This document shows positions 19,631 through 29,186 of a DNA stretch of 64,000 bases, in pieces; within the stretch, counting starts at the first letter, position 1, and each line of letters begins with the position of its first letter. The translations under genes and the position numbers were made by a program. The notes beneath the pieces were generated by a model. The model did not search any database and was not told where the DNA came from. It saw only the letters and a list, made by a program, of their open reading frames with translations. Source of the stretch: a virus (lineage: Duplodnaviria > Caudoviricetes); IMG/VR virus record IMGVR_UViG_3300013121_000033, positions 128,001 through 192,000 of that record, one strand, 5' to 3'.

Positions 19631-20280
19631 CAGTTGTGGACCATGAGGACGTTCTTGAGGACGGCGCAACGGGGAGGTGGGATCGAGGATGCCATGACGT
19701 CCTCGATGAAGTCGCCGTCGCTGTTGGCGTCGAGGTTCCGCCAGCCGACCCGCTTCGCGATGCGGGAGGTGACGACGAGCGATCCGGCGTCGCAGCGGTT
19801 CCGCTTAGGGGCCACTTGGAGTACGGAGTAGGCAGGGTCGCTCGGCCGGTTGATCCGCTCGTAGTTGTGGACGCACGGGAAGATGACGAGTTTCGCTCGG
19901 GTCCTGTCGAACGCATCGAGGACAAACTCGACGTAGCGCGGCATCAGATAGTTGTCGGCGTTCTGTGTGGCCCAGAATGCGGTGGTGGTCGCTGCGATGC
20001 CGTGGCGGCGGAGGCTGTGCCCCCAGTTGTTGTGCCGTTCTGGTGTCTCGGCGTATGCGAAGTGTTCGGGGTAGCGGTCGGCGTAGGAGCCGCAGATGAG
20101 CCGCGCCCGCGGGTCGGGGCCGTCGTTGATGAGGTGCGCAAACCAGCGGTTGTCGGTCTGCAACAGCAACGAGTTCACGATGATGTGCCACTCGGCTTCG
20201 AACCCGTAGCCGACGACGGTGATGGTGATGCGGGCGCCGTCTGGGGCTGGGGGGAGCCCCAGGGTGTCGTCATCGGTCAT
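19630..20280 (-). CDS. glycosyltransferase (GT-A fold)
   Basis: INDGP, WGHSLR, NADN, SDGDF, VHN. Confidence 0.8.
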   Translation of the reverse strand: MTDDDTLGLPPAPDGARITITVVGYGFEAEWHIIVNSLLLQTDNRWFAHLINDGPDPRARLICGSYADRYPEHFAYAETPERHNNWGHSLRRHGIAATTTAFWATQNADNYLMPRYVEFVLDAFDRTRAKLVIFPCVHNYERINRPSDPAYSVLQVAPKRNRCDAGSLVVTSRIAKRVGWRNLDANSDGDFIEDVMASSIPPPRCAVLKNVLMVHN

Positions 20281-21020
20281 CGTTTCGGCGGGTCCTCTCC
20301 CCATAGGTGGGCTCGACTTCGGTACAGCTTGCGTCCTGCGGGGATGCGGCGGCCGGATGCCATGTAGCTGGCGTCGTTCGGGGCCTTCCCGAACCTGGGG
20401 TGCAGGTGCTCGACGTGACTGTCAACGGCGTACGCCCACGCGTCTCGGTGCCGGGCGGTGCCGGTGAACTCGTCGTCAACGAACTCGTGGGGGTATGCGG
20501 GGTTGAGGACCCCGGTCGGCTCGTGGGGCGGGTCGTCGATGAGGCCGAGGCTGGTGTACCAGCGGGCGACGAGGCAGTGGGTGGCGTGCTCGCCTGCGGC
20601 GACAGCGTCGCGGCTTGGCGAGTCGGGGCGCCACGGGCCGAGGTCGTTGGTGCCGACAACGCCGACGGTGGCGTTCATCGGGGCGAGCGCTGCGTCGAAC
20701 CAGCCGGGGTGGAAGCTGAGGTCGTCCGCGCCGAACAGGAGGTACGGCTCGTCGGTTTCAGCGACTCCACGGTTGATCTTGCGGGCGTAGTCACCGATGC
20801 CGGGCGGGTCGTCCATGACGACAGCGTCCACCGCGCAGCCTTCCGGGACGGGCAGGTCGAGCACCTGGTGGATCGCTGCGAGTTCTTGCCTCTTCCCGGG
20901 CGACGCGAGGAACAGGATGGTCCACGGCACGTCGGTCGCTGCGGCGACCGAGTCGACGATGGGCCGGACACGGTGCGGCCGGTTGAGGACCGGGACGAGA
21001 ACAGCGACCATGCCAGTCAC
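20277..21020 (-). CDS. glycosyltransferase (GT-A fold)
   Basis: VLVPVLNRP, GADD, FVDDE, VEHLHP. Confidence 0.82.
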   Translation of the reverse strand: MTGMVAVLVPVLNRPHRVRPIVDSVAAATDVPWTILFLASPGKRQELAAIHQVLDLPVPEGCAVDAVVMDDPPGIGDYARKINRGVAETDEPYLLFGADDLSFHPGWFDAALAPMNATVGVVGTNDLGPWRPDSPSRDAVAAGEHATHCLVARWYTSLGLIDDPPHEPTGVLNPAYPHEFVDDEFTGTARHRDAWAYAVDSHVEHLHPRFGKAPNDASYMASGRRIPAGRKLYRSRAHLWGEDPPKR

Positions 21021-21262
21021 GAGTCGTCACCGCTCATGATGCGGGCCAGGAAGGCGGGGTCGAGGTGGGCGAGGCGGCGCAACGCCCTCGTCTGGTAGTA
21101 GACCCGGATCGCGTTGAACGCCGCGGTGACGGCGAACAGTTGGGTCGGGTCGGAGAGCGGGGCGTCGTCGCCGTCTGCTTCGACCTGGTCGAACAGGGCG
21201 AGTGCTGCGGCGTTGAGGCCGAGGCACATCTGCCGGACCTTGAAGTCGTTGTCGTCAGACAT
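21017..21262 (-). CDS. hypothetical protein
   Basis: short ORF in operon. Confidence 0.6.
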   Translation of the reverse strand: MSDDNDFKVRQMCLGLNAAALALFDQVEADGDDAPLSDPTQLFAVTAAFNAIRVYYQTRALRRLAHLDPAFLARIMSGDDS

Positions 21263-21484
21263 CGGGTTCCTCGTAGGTGGAGTCGATCAGGTCGTCGGCC
21301 TGGTGGCATGGTCCGCAACGGCGCCGCGTCGCCGGTTCGTCGCTGCTGGTGGGCCGGTACATGTGGCCGCAGGATAGGAACTCGACACCGGTCGACTGGG
21401 ACACGACGTCACGCCACGGTGCGAGCAGCGGCCGGGCGAGGGGGAGGGGGTCGTCGTGGCCGGTGGGTCGTCGGCGGCGGGCGG

Positions 21485-23215
21485 TCACGGGAACAGGTTG
21501 GGGTGGGCGGCGACTTCGTTGCCGTCGGTGACGGCGCAGTCGTTCGACACGAGCCGCGACAGGTACGTCCCGAACGTGCCGCCGCTGCGGGCGACGCCTG
21601 CGGCTTCGGCGAGTTCGTCGCGGGTGACGTAACGGGGATAGACGTCGACGAGGTGGTCGAACATGCGGAGCGCGCCGCCGGAGAACCTGGCACGCCAGAA
21701 GTCCTGTAGCTCGGCGGCGGACTTGGGGGGGCGTCGGCCGCCTGCGGCTTCGAGCCCGGCGTCGGTGATGTCGACCTTGTCGCCGTCGACGGTGACGTAG
21801 CCGCTCGTGCGGAGCCGCGACAGGTAGGTGCCGAACGTGCCGCCACGTTTCTTGAGCCCGGCTTGGGTGGCGAGTTGGCTGCGGGTGAGGCCGTTGGGCC
21901 ACTCGGCGAGCGCTGCGAGCATGCGGCCTTCGCCGCTCGATTCGTTGATGCGGGCGGGGGGCCGTTCCGCGGGGGCGGCGGGAACCGGTCGCGGCCGTGG
22001 CCGCGGCGGGGCAGACGCGGCTGGTGCGGTGGTGTGCTCATTGAGCTTGCCGAGCAGTCGGGTCGCTTCCACCTGTGCGTTCGCAGCTACCCCGACGGCG
22101 TCCTCTGCCGCCTTCGCTGCCGCTGCGGCGTAGTCGGAGGCCCTGGTGGCGCACTCCCGCAACTCGTCGGCAGCGATGGTGACCCAGTCGGGAACGACCT
22201 CTCGCACCTCGACCTCGGTGCTCGGGGCGGCGGCCGAGAGCAGCGCTTCGAGTTCGGCGACACGGCGTCGGAGCGCCTTCGGGTCGTCCTGTTCGGCTTC
22301 GGCTCGGACGTCGGACAGCAACGTCTCGATCTCGTCGAGGTCGATCTTCGCGGTTGACCGGGGCGCTGCCATCTTGCCGAGCGTCGGGGTCGCGCCCGAG
22401 TCGAACGTCGATCGGCGTCGCCACTGGACGCGGAACGAGCGGCCGAGGAACCCGGGTGACAGCACCCACGCTTCGCCGGGGGCGAGGGACGACAACGACG
22501 CCTTGACCTCGGTGCGGAACGCCGGGTCGTCGACCCAGTCGGAGACTGCGTTCTTGTCGTGCGGGGAGGTGGTGCGGTGCAGGATCAGCGTCTCGGTCTG
22601 TGAGAGCGCGTCTTTCGACACGGACGCGGACCGTTGGGTGACGAGCGTGACGCCGAGGCCGAAGCTGCGGCCCTGCTTGGCGAGCTTCGCGTACATGCCG
22701 ATCATCGCCGGGACTTCGCCGCCGCCGCGTTCGCGTTGCACCTGCGGAAGGAACTCTTCGGCTTCTTCGAGGAACAGGTGCAGCGGTTGGGGGGTGCGGT
22801 GGCGGATCAGCTTCCACAGTTCGCGTGCGAACGCGGTGACGAACCGGACCTGGTCGGCCTTCGTGTCGAAGTCGGAGACATCGAGGACGCAGGTCATGTT
22901 GCGTTCGACGACGAGACGGGCCATGAGCGGCCCGGCCGCGGGGGTGAGGGGGAGGTCGCCGTGGAGGCCGCCGAACACGGGGACGGGGAGGCCGGGGCGG
23001 TCGCCGTCGGAACGGATGCCGTGCCAGTCCCCCTTGGGGTCGATCGCGACCCACGGGATGCCAGCAGCGTGCATCTCTTCGGCGAGCACGACCGCGGTCG
23101 AGGACTTGCCAGCGCCGCGTTTCCCGAGGATGGCGAACGTCTCGGTGGCGGCCTCGTCGGGCAGTGTGAAGTCAGGGGCGACGTGGAGCGGCATCACGAA
23201 CCTTGTGTTGGGCAA
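21485..23215 (-). CDS. HerA/FtsK-like (DUF87/DUF853) ATPase with tandem C-terminal winged-HTH repeats
   Basis: GKRGAGKS, IDPKGD, LEEAEEF, GRSFG, TQR; GGTFGTYLSRL twice. Confidence 0.85.
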   Translation of the reverse strand: MPNTRFVMPLHVAPDFTLPDEAATETFAILGKRGAGKSSTAVVLAEEMHAAGIPWVAIDPKGDWHGIRSDGDRPGLPVPVFGGLHGDLPLTPAAGPLMARLVVERNMTCVLDVSDFDTKADQVRFVTAFARELWKLIRHRTPQPLHLFLEEAEEFLPQVQRERGGGEVPAMIGMYAKLAKQGRSFGLGVTLVTQRSASVSKDALSQTETLILHRTTSPHDKNAVSDWVDDPAFRTEVKASLSSLAPGEAWVLSPGFLGRSFRVQWRRRSTFDSGATPTLGKMAAPRSTAKIDLDEIETLLSDVRAEAEQDDPKALRRRVAELEALLSAAAPSTEVEVREVVPDWVTIAADELRECATRASDYAAAAAKAAEDAVGVAANAQVEATRLLGKLNEHTTAPAASAPPRPRPRPVPAAPAERPPARINESSGEGRMLAALAEWPNGLTRSQLATQAGLKKRGGTFGTYLSRLRTSGYVTVDGDKVDITDAGLEAAGGRRPPKSAAELQDFWRARFSGGALRMFDHLVDVYPRYVTRDELAEAAGVARSGGTFGTYLSRLVSNDCAVTDGNEVAAHPNLFP

Positions 23216-23300
23216 CTATCTGGCGAGACGGTACCGGGGGGCTACTGGCCGGACGGGGATGGTGGATGGTGGACGGTCGGTGAACGAGTCGAGGGTCGCC

Positions 23301-23675
23301 TCATCGGCGGAGCCTCCACGAGCGTGGCGGGGCCATGGCCGCAGCGGCGACGGGCGACGGGCTGGTCGGCTTCGGCGGCCGAGACGGTTCGGGCATCGGG
23401 CCACGGGCCGCGAACTCGGTGATGGCAGCGTCGAGGCCCACGGTGTTCGCCGTGACGCAGAACCGGCATGCGCAGCCCTTGGTGTGGGTCGGGTAGCGGT
23501 TGCCGTGGCTGCGCATCACCTGCTTCGAGTGGCAGCCGTCTGTGCCGTCGTGGGGGACGCCGTAGTAGCCGTGACACGACACACACCAGTAGTGCGGGTC
23601 GTGCCACTCGCACTCCCAGGGGTAGACGGGTTCACCGGGATGGCACCGGTGCAACCCGTCGCTGTCGATCCTCAT
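23301..23675 (-). CDS. Cys/His-rich hypothetical protein
   Basis: CVSCHGYYG, HGNRY...GCACRFC. Confidence 0.6.
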   Translation of the reverse strand: MRIDSDGLHRCHPGEPVYPWECEWHDPHYWCVSCHGYYGVPHDGTDGCHSKQVMRSHGNRYPTHTKGCACRFCVTANTVGLDAAITEFAARGPMPEPSRPPKPTSPSPVAAAAMAPPRSWRLRR

Positions 23676-23872
23676 GCCTCGACCACGGTGAGTTCCGCGG
23701 CGTTGACGTTGATCGTGGTGAACGAGCCGGGCTGGCCGGGCTCGGGGCGGATCGTGACGCACGCCTCTCCCCACGGGCACGGGGGGTGACCGCAGCGTCC
23801 GACGTGGACGACGGTCCCGGTGCGGCCCTTGTGGTGGGTGACGCGGCTACCAACGGTCGGTGTCGTCGCCAT
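23672..23872 (-). CDS. hypothetical protein (SH3-like)
   Basis: VGSRVTH...GTVV. Confidence 0.55.
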   Translation of the reverse strand: MATTPTVGSRVTHHKGRTGTVVHVGRCGHPPCPWGEACVTIRPEPGQPGSFTTINVNAAELTVVEA

Positions 23873-24158
23873 GATGGGTCCCTTCGGTCGTGAGCGCCGC
23901 GACGGCGGCGTCGAGAGTTGGATAGGTGGTGTCGTCTCGTGACCAACCGTCGGGGTCGGGCCAGATGAGCATGTCGACGTCGCCGGAGGTGAGGACTGCG
24001 TGGGGGCCGTCCTCGCGGTCGACACCGATCGTGAGGCCCCAGCCGTCGGGAACGTCGACTGCGAGCACTGCGACCGCGATGTCGGCGATGAAAGGCAACA
24101 TGCCGTGGACCAGGTCCCGGTCTGTCACCTCGGTGGGGACTGCTTCGTCGTTGCCCAT
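23847..24158 (-). CDS. hypothetical protein (MGND...)
   Basis: starts at cassette ATG. Confidence 0.7.
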   Translation of the reverse strand: MGNDEAVPTEVTDRDLVHGMLPFIADIAVAVLAVDVPDGWGLTIGVDREDGPHAVLTSGDVDMLIWPDPDGWSRDDTTYPTLDAAVAALTTEGTHHGDDTDRW

Positions 24159-24194
24159 GGCCGCACCATACCCTCGTGTTGTTGCCACGTCAAC
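24156..24194 (-). promoter_or_regulatory. MDND promoter cassette copy 4
   Basis: GTTGACGTGGCAACAAC...TATGGT...ATGGGCAACGAC. Confidence 0.85.
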
Positions 24195-24231
24195 GCTAAG
24201 GAGTGGGGGTGGCCGCGCCGATAGGAACGGC

Positions 24232-24387
24232 ATGGACAACGTGTCGAACCTTCACGAGGAAGCCAGGGCGCTCGGCGTCCTCGAATGGGCGAGGGACCTG
24301 TGTAACTGCGCTGTCGACGAGTGGGAGGGGTGTCTCCGGTTCGTCGTCGAAGCGGCCCGCCTGATCGCAGGTGATACCCTGCGGTGA
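24232..24387 (+). CDS. small hypothetical protein (MDNVSN...)
   Basis: divergent from cassette; ATGGACAAC start. Confidence 0.45.
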   Translation: MDNVSNLHEEARALGVLEWARDLCNCAVDEWEGCLRFVVEAARLIAGDTLR

Positions 24388-24471
24388 ACTGCGGCGACCG
24401 CATCAACGGTCTCCGGCTGGATGGCGGCGTCTGCAAACGCCGCCATCCGCATTCTTGTGGGGGGAACGGTC

Positions 24472-24504
24472 ACGGCCCCCGGGTGTGAACACCGCGGGGG
24501 CCGT
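24472..24504. terminator. GC-rich hairpin between convergent genes
   Basis: ACGGCCCCC...GGGGGCCGT. Confidence 0.55.
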
Positions 24505-24540
24505 TCGCTGAACCCATCGCTGGGCAAGCGGCGACGGACG

Positions 24541-25986
24541 CTACTTCGTGAGTTCGCGCACCCAGGCGATGTCGAGCGAGTAGACGGCCTTGGGGTCCTG
24601 CTTCCACAGCGTCATCGGGAGTTCCTTCCCGACCGGGCACATGTAGCTCGGGGACGACCCGTCTTTCTGCTTGCCGTCGTAGTCGAGCAGCGGCTTACCG
24701 TCGACAACGGTTCGGGCTCGGGACTCGCCGCCGACCCACAGGTCAGCGCGCAGGTCAAACGCGTGAGCGTCGTCACCGGAGACGTACCACGGTGGGGTGG
24801 TGCGCCCCGGCGGCAACGTCTCTTCCCATGTGACGCAGAGGACACCGTCGAGGTAGTAGCGCACCCCGAGCTTCCACCCGGACGCGCCGACGGGGATGCG
24901 GTAGCGTTCGATTTCGCAGAGGTGCCAGCCGGAGTGCCCTGGGGTTGCGCCGTTCTCGGAGCCGTCAGAGAACGCATAGTCGGCGATCGACGCACGCGAC
25001 GTCGCCGCCTTCACCGGCCGTGGGGTTGTCTTGCGGTAGGCGATCGCCGACCGGACGCCGGAGGTGCCGTCGCCGGGACCGCGGACCAGGTTCTTGCCGT
25101 AGTGGTCGGGGCTGTGCACCTGGAAGCGTGTGCAGACCCCGTCAGCCTGGTCGGGGAACCGTTCGCAGCCGTCGAGTTCAAGTTTGGCTGCGGCACCGAG
25201 GTAGTTCATCCATACCGGGTCGGACCACAGCGCCCAGCCGCCCGGCGCACGGAAACACACTTGGGTGCGACCGAACAGTGGGAACCGGTCGGCTGCGCTC
25301 GATCCGATGCTCATGTAGGCGGACGAGTACGGGAACTTCCGCCCGGACGCGCTGGTCGGTTCGATCTTGGCTTGGAGGCGGAGCGCCCCGAGGGTCGAGT
25401 CCTCGTACACGTTGCGGGCGAGACTGATGCTCTCGGTGCCGTTCTGATAGTGGCCGTCGCGGGCGTTGACGCGGCGGGGAAGCGGGCGCCCCGAACCGAA
25501 GTCGAGGGTGAACAGTTCACGCCACCCGGAGGGGGCAGCGTTGGGGGGCGGCGCCTGGCCCGGGGTGGGGGCGGGCGCGACGATCTTGACCGTGAAGTGG
25601 TTCGACTTGGAGACACCGCGACCGTCGACGACCGTGACCGTGATGTCGTAGTCCCCGGGCGTGGTCGGCTTCCCGCCGACGACGCCCTCGACGATCGTGA
25701 GTCCAGGTGGGAGGCCCGACGCTGACCACTTGTAGGGGGCGGCTCCGCCCGTCGCTGTCAGCGGGACGGGCGAGTACGCCGCCCCGGCGACTCCGTCGCC
25801 GAAGTTCGCGTCGCTGATCGCGAGGGACTTGACTGCCGTGGCGGCGAAGGGACGGTCGGCTGGCAGGTCGATCTCGCCAGGTGAGCCGTCGGGCCTGCGC
25901 CACACGATCGCGAGGTCAGAGTTGTCGTCAAGGTCGAACACTGACCCGATGATCGTTCCGTCAGCGGCGGTCACCACGATGTCCAT
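24541..25986 (-). CDS. putative Ig-domain plus GH16-like glycoside hydrolase domain protein
   Basis: LTATGGAAPYKWSASGLPPGL (putative Ig), Pro linker, ELDGCE. Confidence 0.7.
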   Translation of the reverse strand: MDIVVTAADGTIIGSVFDLDDNSDLAIVWRRPDGSPGEIDLPADRPFAATAVKSLAISDANFGDGVAGAAYSPVPLTATGGAAPYKWSASGLPPGLTIVEGVVGGKPTTPGDYDITVTVVDGRGVSKSNHFTVKIVAPAPTPGQAPPPNAAPSGWRELFTLDFGSGRPLPRRVNARDGHYQNGTESISLARNVYEDSTLGALRLQAKIEPTSASGRKFPYSSAYMSIGSSAADRFPLFGRTQVCFRAPGGWALWSDPVWMNYLGAAAKLELDGCERFPDQADGVCTRFQVHSPDHYGKNLVRGPGDGTSGVRSAIAYRKTTPRPVKAATSRASIADYAFSDGSENGATPGHSGWHLCEIERYRIPVGASGWKLGVRYYLDGVLCVTWEETLPPGRTTPPWYVSGDDAHAFDLRADLWVGGESRARTVVDGKPLLDYDGKQKDGSSPSYMCPVGKELPMTLWKQDPKAVYSLDIAWVRELTK

Positions 25987-26025
25987 GCCACCACCCTAGA
26001 GCGGTAGACGGCAGATGGCAGCGGA

Positions 26026-26322
26026 TCACCCGATGAGCGTCTGGTGTCGCCTGCGGCGGCTCACAGCGCGGAACGTGCGCGCCCGACGTACGAGCGCTCC
26101 GGAGACGAGGTGGCGGGTCACCGGTGACGGGGGGCGGACGTCGGCGAGCATGGCCGCGAAGTTCCACATCTGGTCGTCCCAGGTGGAGGTGGCGATCACC
26201 GCGGCGGCGTAGTCGTGGTCGGCGAGCGCTTCGGCGACGTCGGCGAGTGCTTCGGCCTTGGCGTGCCGGGCAGCTTCGATCTGTGCTTCCTTCACCATCT
26301 GCTCGCAGCGGTCGCTGTCCAT
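26026..26322 (-). CDS. hypothetical protein (MDSD...)
   Basis: starts at cassette ATG. Confidence 0.65.
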   Translation of the reverse strand: MDSDRCEQMVKEAQIEAARHAKAEALADVAEALADHDYAAAVIATSTWDDQMWNFAAMLADVRPPSPVTRHLVSGALVRRARTFRAVSRRRRHQTLIG

Positions 26323-26359
26323 GCCTTGCACCCTACCGCCACGTTGTCGTGGCGTCAAC
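26320..26359 (-). promoter_or_regulatory. MDND promoter cassette copy 5
   Basis: GTTGACGCCACGACAAC...TAGGGT...ATGGACAGCGAC. Confidence 0.8.
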
Positions 26360-26449
26360 ACATGGCAGAGCCTCCGTCACCCCGTGGGGATCAGGAGGCT
26401 CTGCCCGCCGTGTCTATTTGGTATGAGGATGGCAGGCGTTCCTGCCAAG

Positions 26450-26525
26450 TGGCACGAGGGGGATTCGAACCCCCGACCTCCGGGTTATGAGCCCGGCGAG
26501 CACAACCAGACTGCTCCATCGTGCT
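26450..26525 (-). tRNA. initiator tRNA-fMet(CAT)
   Basis: loop CTCATAA, GGG/CCC in anticodon stem, 1:72 mismatch. Confidence 0.92.
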
Positions 26526-26562
26526 CCGACGGATGATAGCGGTTCCGTCACTTCGTCACTCG

Positions 26563-27087
26563 TCATTTCCACTTCGGGGTGTTCAACTCCGCCATCCGGC
26601 CGAGACAGGCGCCTTGGCCGATCTGTGTCCAGGTGACCGGCCCGTACGTCGTGACCGGGGCGACGGCTCGGACGGCGCTGTCGGCGGCTTCGATGTCGTC
26701 GGGGATGCCCTCGAAGAGCCGGTAGTACCGGGCCGACACGATCTCCTGAACCCATGGTCCCGGTGGGTCGATCAGGCGGCGACCGGCTACTTCGATCGGT
26801 TCCACGATCGGGGTCGGCGGCCTGGCTTCGTAGTGCACCCAGAACCGCAGCGGTCGGTCCAGGTCCGTGATCCCGTTGTGGACGACCAGATCGTCGAGGT
26901 CATCGGCAGGGATACGGATGCCCCACACCTCTCCGGCGAGGTAGACGGGAAGGTCACCGGTCGGGGCGACGCCACGACAGACTCCACACGCGCCAACGGC
27001 GAGCGACGACGGGTCGGTGAACGCCAGGCTTGTGACCAGGCATGTGCACCGGTGGAACGGCACAGCGAGCCCGTACCTCGACTTCAT
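26563..27087 (-). CDS. hypothetical protein
   Basis: TGATG overlap with rtcB stop. Confidence 0.65.
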   Translation of the reverse strand: MKSRYGLAVPFHRCTCLVTSLAFTDPSSLAVGACGVCRGVAPTGDLPVYLAGEVWGIRIPADDLDDLVVHNGITDLDRPLRFWVHYEARPPTPIVEPIEVAGRRLIDPPGPWVQEIVSARYYRLFEGIPDDIEAADSAVRAVAPVTTYGPVTWTQIGQGACLGRMAELNTPKWK

Positions 27088-28253
27088 CAGGTCCCCTTGT
27101 AGTTGAGCAGAGCGGTGAGGCGGTGCAACGGGCGGACCAGGTCGGCCTGTGCGTCCATCACGTTCTCGATGTCCTTGTAGGCGCGGGGGTCCTCGTCGAT
27201 CAGCTTTGCAGCGTCGCTGTCGTTCCACGCCTTCCCGGCCATCGCGTCGCGCAACCCGTCGAGATCGAGGTTGCGGCGCGCCTGGTTGCGGGACATGCGA
27301 CGCCCGGCGCCGTGCGAGCACGACTCGTAGCTGGCCGGGTTCCCGAGCCCTTCGACGATGTAGCTCCCGGTCGCCATCGACCCGGGGATGATCCCGAGGT
27401 CGCCGACCCCGGCACGGATCGCGCCCTTCCTTGTGACCCACAGGTCGACACCGTGGTGGTGCTCGCGGGTGCAGTAGTTGTGGTGGCACTGGATCGTGCG
27501 GACGGGTTCGAAGTGGTAGCCGACCGCTCCGGCGACCTGAACGAGGACGGCGTCGAGCATCATCTGCCGGTTCAACGCGGCGTAGTCCTGCGCCCACAGC
27601 ATCGCCGCGATGTACGCGTCGAACTCCGGGGTGCCCTCTACGAGGTAAGCGAGGTCAGGGTCGGGGATGTCCGCGAGCGCAGCGCCCATCGCCCTCTCTG
27701 CGGCGGCGACGTGGACGTCTGCCAACTGCTTGCCAACCCCGCGGCTCCCCGAGTGCAGCACAACCCACACCCGGTTGCGTTCGTCGGCGCACACCTCAAC
27801 GAAGTGGTTGCCGGACCCGAGCGACCCGATCTGTGTGTCCATCGCCGTTTCCATCCGGTCGGTCATCCCCTCAGGGCGGCGGGCGAACAGGTCGGCAACT
27901 TCGGCGCTGTGGGTGCGCCGGTCGTGACCGCGGCCCGCCCCGGCAGGGACGACAGCGGCGATCGCCGAGTGGAGCTTCCCAAGGTCGTCGGGGAGCAGGT
28001 CCACCGTGAACGGACACTCGACGGCCCCCATCCCACATCCGATGTCGACGCCGACGGCGGACGGGATGACCGCGGCTTCGGTCGCGATGACCGATCCGAC
28101 GGTCGCGCCAAACCCGAAGTGTGCGTCGGGCATGAGCGCGATCGGTTCGTGGACCACGGGGAGTGACGCGCTGTCGGCGGCCTGGCCGATCGTCTTGTCG
28201 TCGAGGTCGGCTGCCCAGGAGAGGACGTTCGGGCGGATGAAGGTGGGGGCCAT
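27087..28253 (-). CDS. rtcB: RtcB RNA ligase
   Basis: MPDAH, VGVDIGCGM, GSGNHF, HSGSRG, HHNY, IIPGSM, SHGAGR, KG C-terminus. Confidence 0.96.
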   Translation of the reverse strand: MAPTFIRPNVLSWAADLDDKTIGQAADSASLPVVHEPIALMPDAHFGFGATVGSVIATEAAVIPSAVGVDIGCGMGAVECPFTVDLLPDDLGKLHSAIAAVVPAGAGRGHDRRTHSAEVADLFARRPEGMTDRMETAMDTQIGSLGSGNHFVEVCADERNRVWVVLHSGSRGVGKQLADVHVAAAERAMGAALADIPDPDLAYLVEGTPEFDAYIAAMLWAQDYAALNRQMMLDAVLVQVAGAVGYHFEPVRTIQCHHNYCTREHHHGVDLWVTRKGAIRAGVGDLGIIPGSMATGSYIVEGLGNPASYESCSHGAGRRMSRNQARRNLDLDGLRDAMAGKAWNDSDAAKLIDEDPRAYKDIENVMDAQADLVRPLHRLTALLNYKGT

Positions 28254-28270
28254 CTGGCGAGCCTTGCAGG

Positions 28271-28852
28271 TCAGGTCGGTTCGGTTCCGAGTGATTTGAC
28301 GGTCGCGTGGACGGTCGTCATGTCGACTGTCCAGCGTGCCGGGGCGGTGGGGACGGTCCCGGGTTGCTCGGGGCGCCACACCCACGAGACGTTCTTGTGG
28401 GTGACGGTGGCGTCCGTGGATGCCGGGTCGTCCGGCGCGAACGAAGGACCGAACACGAGCGCGAGGCACGCTGCCTCTGTTTCGAGCGCGCCAGCCTGCG
28501 CTCTCGACGCGGCGAGGTGCGCGGTGAGCTTGGCGACCTGATCCGAGAGGTCCGCTACGACCGCTTCCGTTTCGGACGCCTTGATGCGCTCAGCCGCGAG
28601 GGCGCCGATCATCGCTTCGTACACGTCGTCGTACTCGGTGAGAGCACGGCGCATGGCGCCGATCAGCGCCTCTCTGTCGGCCACGAACCCGTTGCGGGCA
28701 ACGGTCGGCTTGTACCGCTCCCACAGCGTCAGCAGGGCGTACTTGAGGTCGCTACGGGCGTGGGCTTCCTCCGGGTTCTTCTCGGGGACCGCTGGTATCG
28801 CTGGCGCCTTGAACCCCGTACGAAGGACCGCTTTGACGTTGTCGTTGACCAT
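28271..28852 (-). CDS. hypothetical coiled-coil protein (MVNDN...)
   Basis: starts at cassette ATG. Confidence 0.75.
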   Translation of the reverse strand: MVNDNVKAVLRTGFKAPAIPAVPEKNPEEAHARSDLKYALLTLWERYKPTVARNGFVADREALIGAMRRALTEYDDVYEAMIGALAAERIKASETEAVVADLSDQVAKLTAHLAASRAQAGALETEAACLALVFGPSFAPDDPASTDATVTHKNVSWVWRPEQPGTVPTAPARWTVDMTTVHATVKSLGTEPT

Positions 28853-28888
28853 CGCACCAGCCTACCGCGGCGTTGACGTCACGTCAAC
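28850..28888 (-). promoter_or_regulatory. promoter cassette copy 6 (fully palindromic box)
   Basis: GTTGACGTGACGTCAAC...TAGGCT...ATGGTCAACGAC. Confidence 0.85.
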
Positions 28889-28943
28889 GCTCGGAAAGTG
28901 ATTGACGAGGGTTGGGGGAACCCGGCAAGGTGGATACCTCAAT

Positions 28944-29017
28944 GGGCCGGTAGCTCAAGTTGGTAGAGCACCTGCTTTGCAAGCAGACGGTTGTGGGTTC
29001 GAGGCCCATCTGGTCCA
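28944..29017 (+). tRNA. tRNA-Ala(TGC)
   Basis: cloverleaf, G3:U70. Confidence 0.93.
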
Positions 29018-29034
29018 CTAGCTAAGGAAACTTT

Positions 29035-29107
29035 GGGGTTGTAGCTCAGACGGTAGAGCGCTCGCCTGGCTTGCGAGAGGTCCCCGGTTCGACTCCGGGT
29101 AACTCCA
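29035..29107 (+). tRNA. tRNA-Ala(GGC)
   Basis: G3:U70, loop CTGGCTT. Confidence 0.9.
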
Positions 29108-29108
29108 C

Positions 29109-29181
29109 GGACGTGTAGCTCAGCCGGTAGAGCAGCACCATGACAGGGTGAAGGCCCCCGGTTCGAACCCGGGCATGTCCA
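29109..29181 (+). tRNA. tRNA-Val(GAC)
   Basis: cloverleaf, loop ATGACAG. Confidence 0.9.
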
Positions 29182-29186
29182 CTCGC

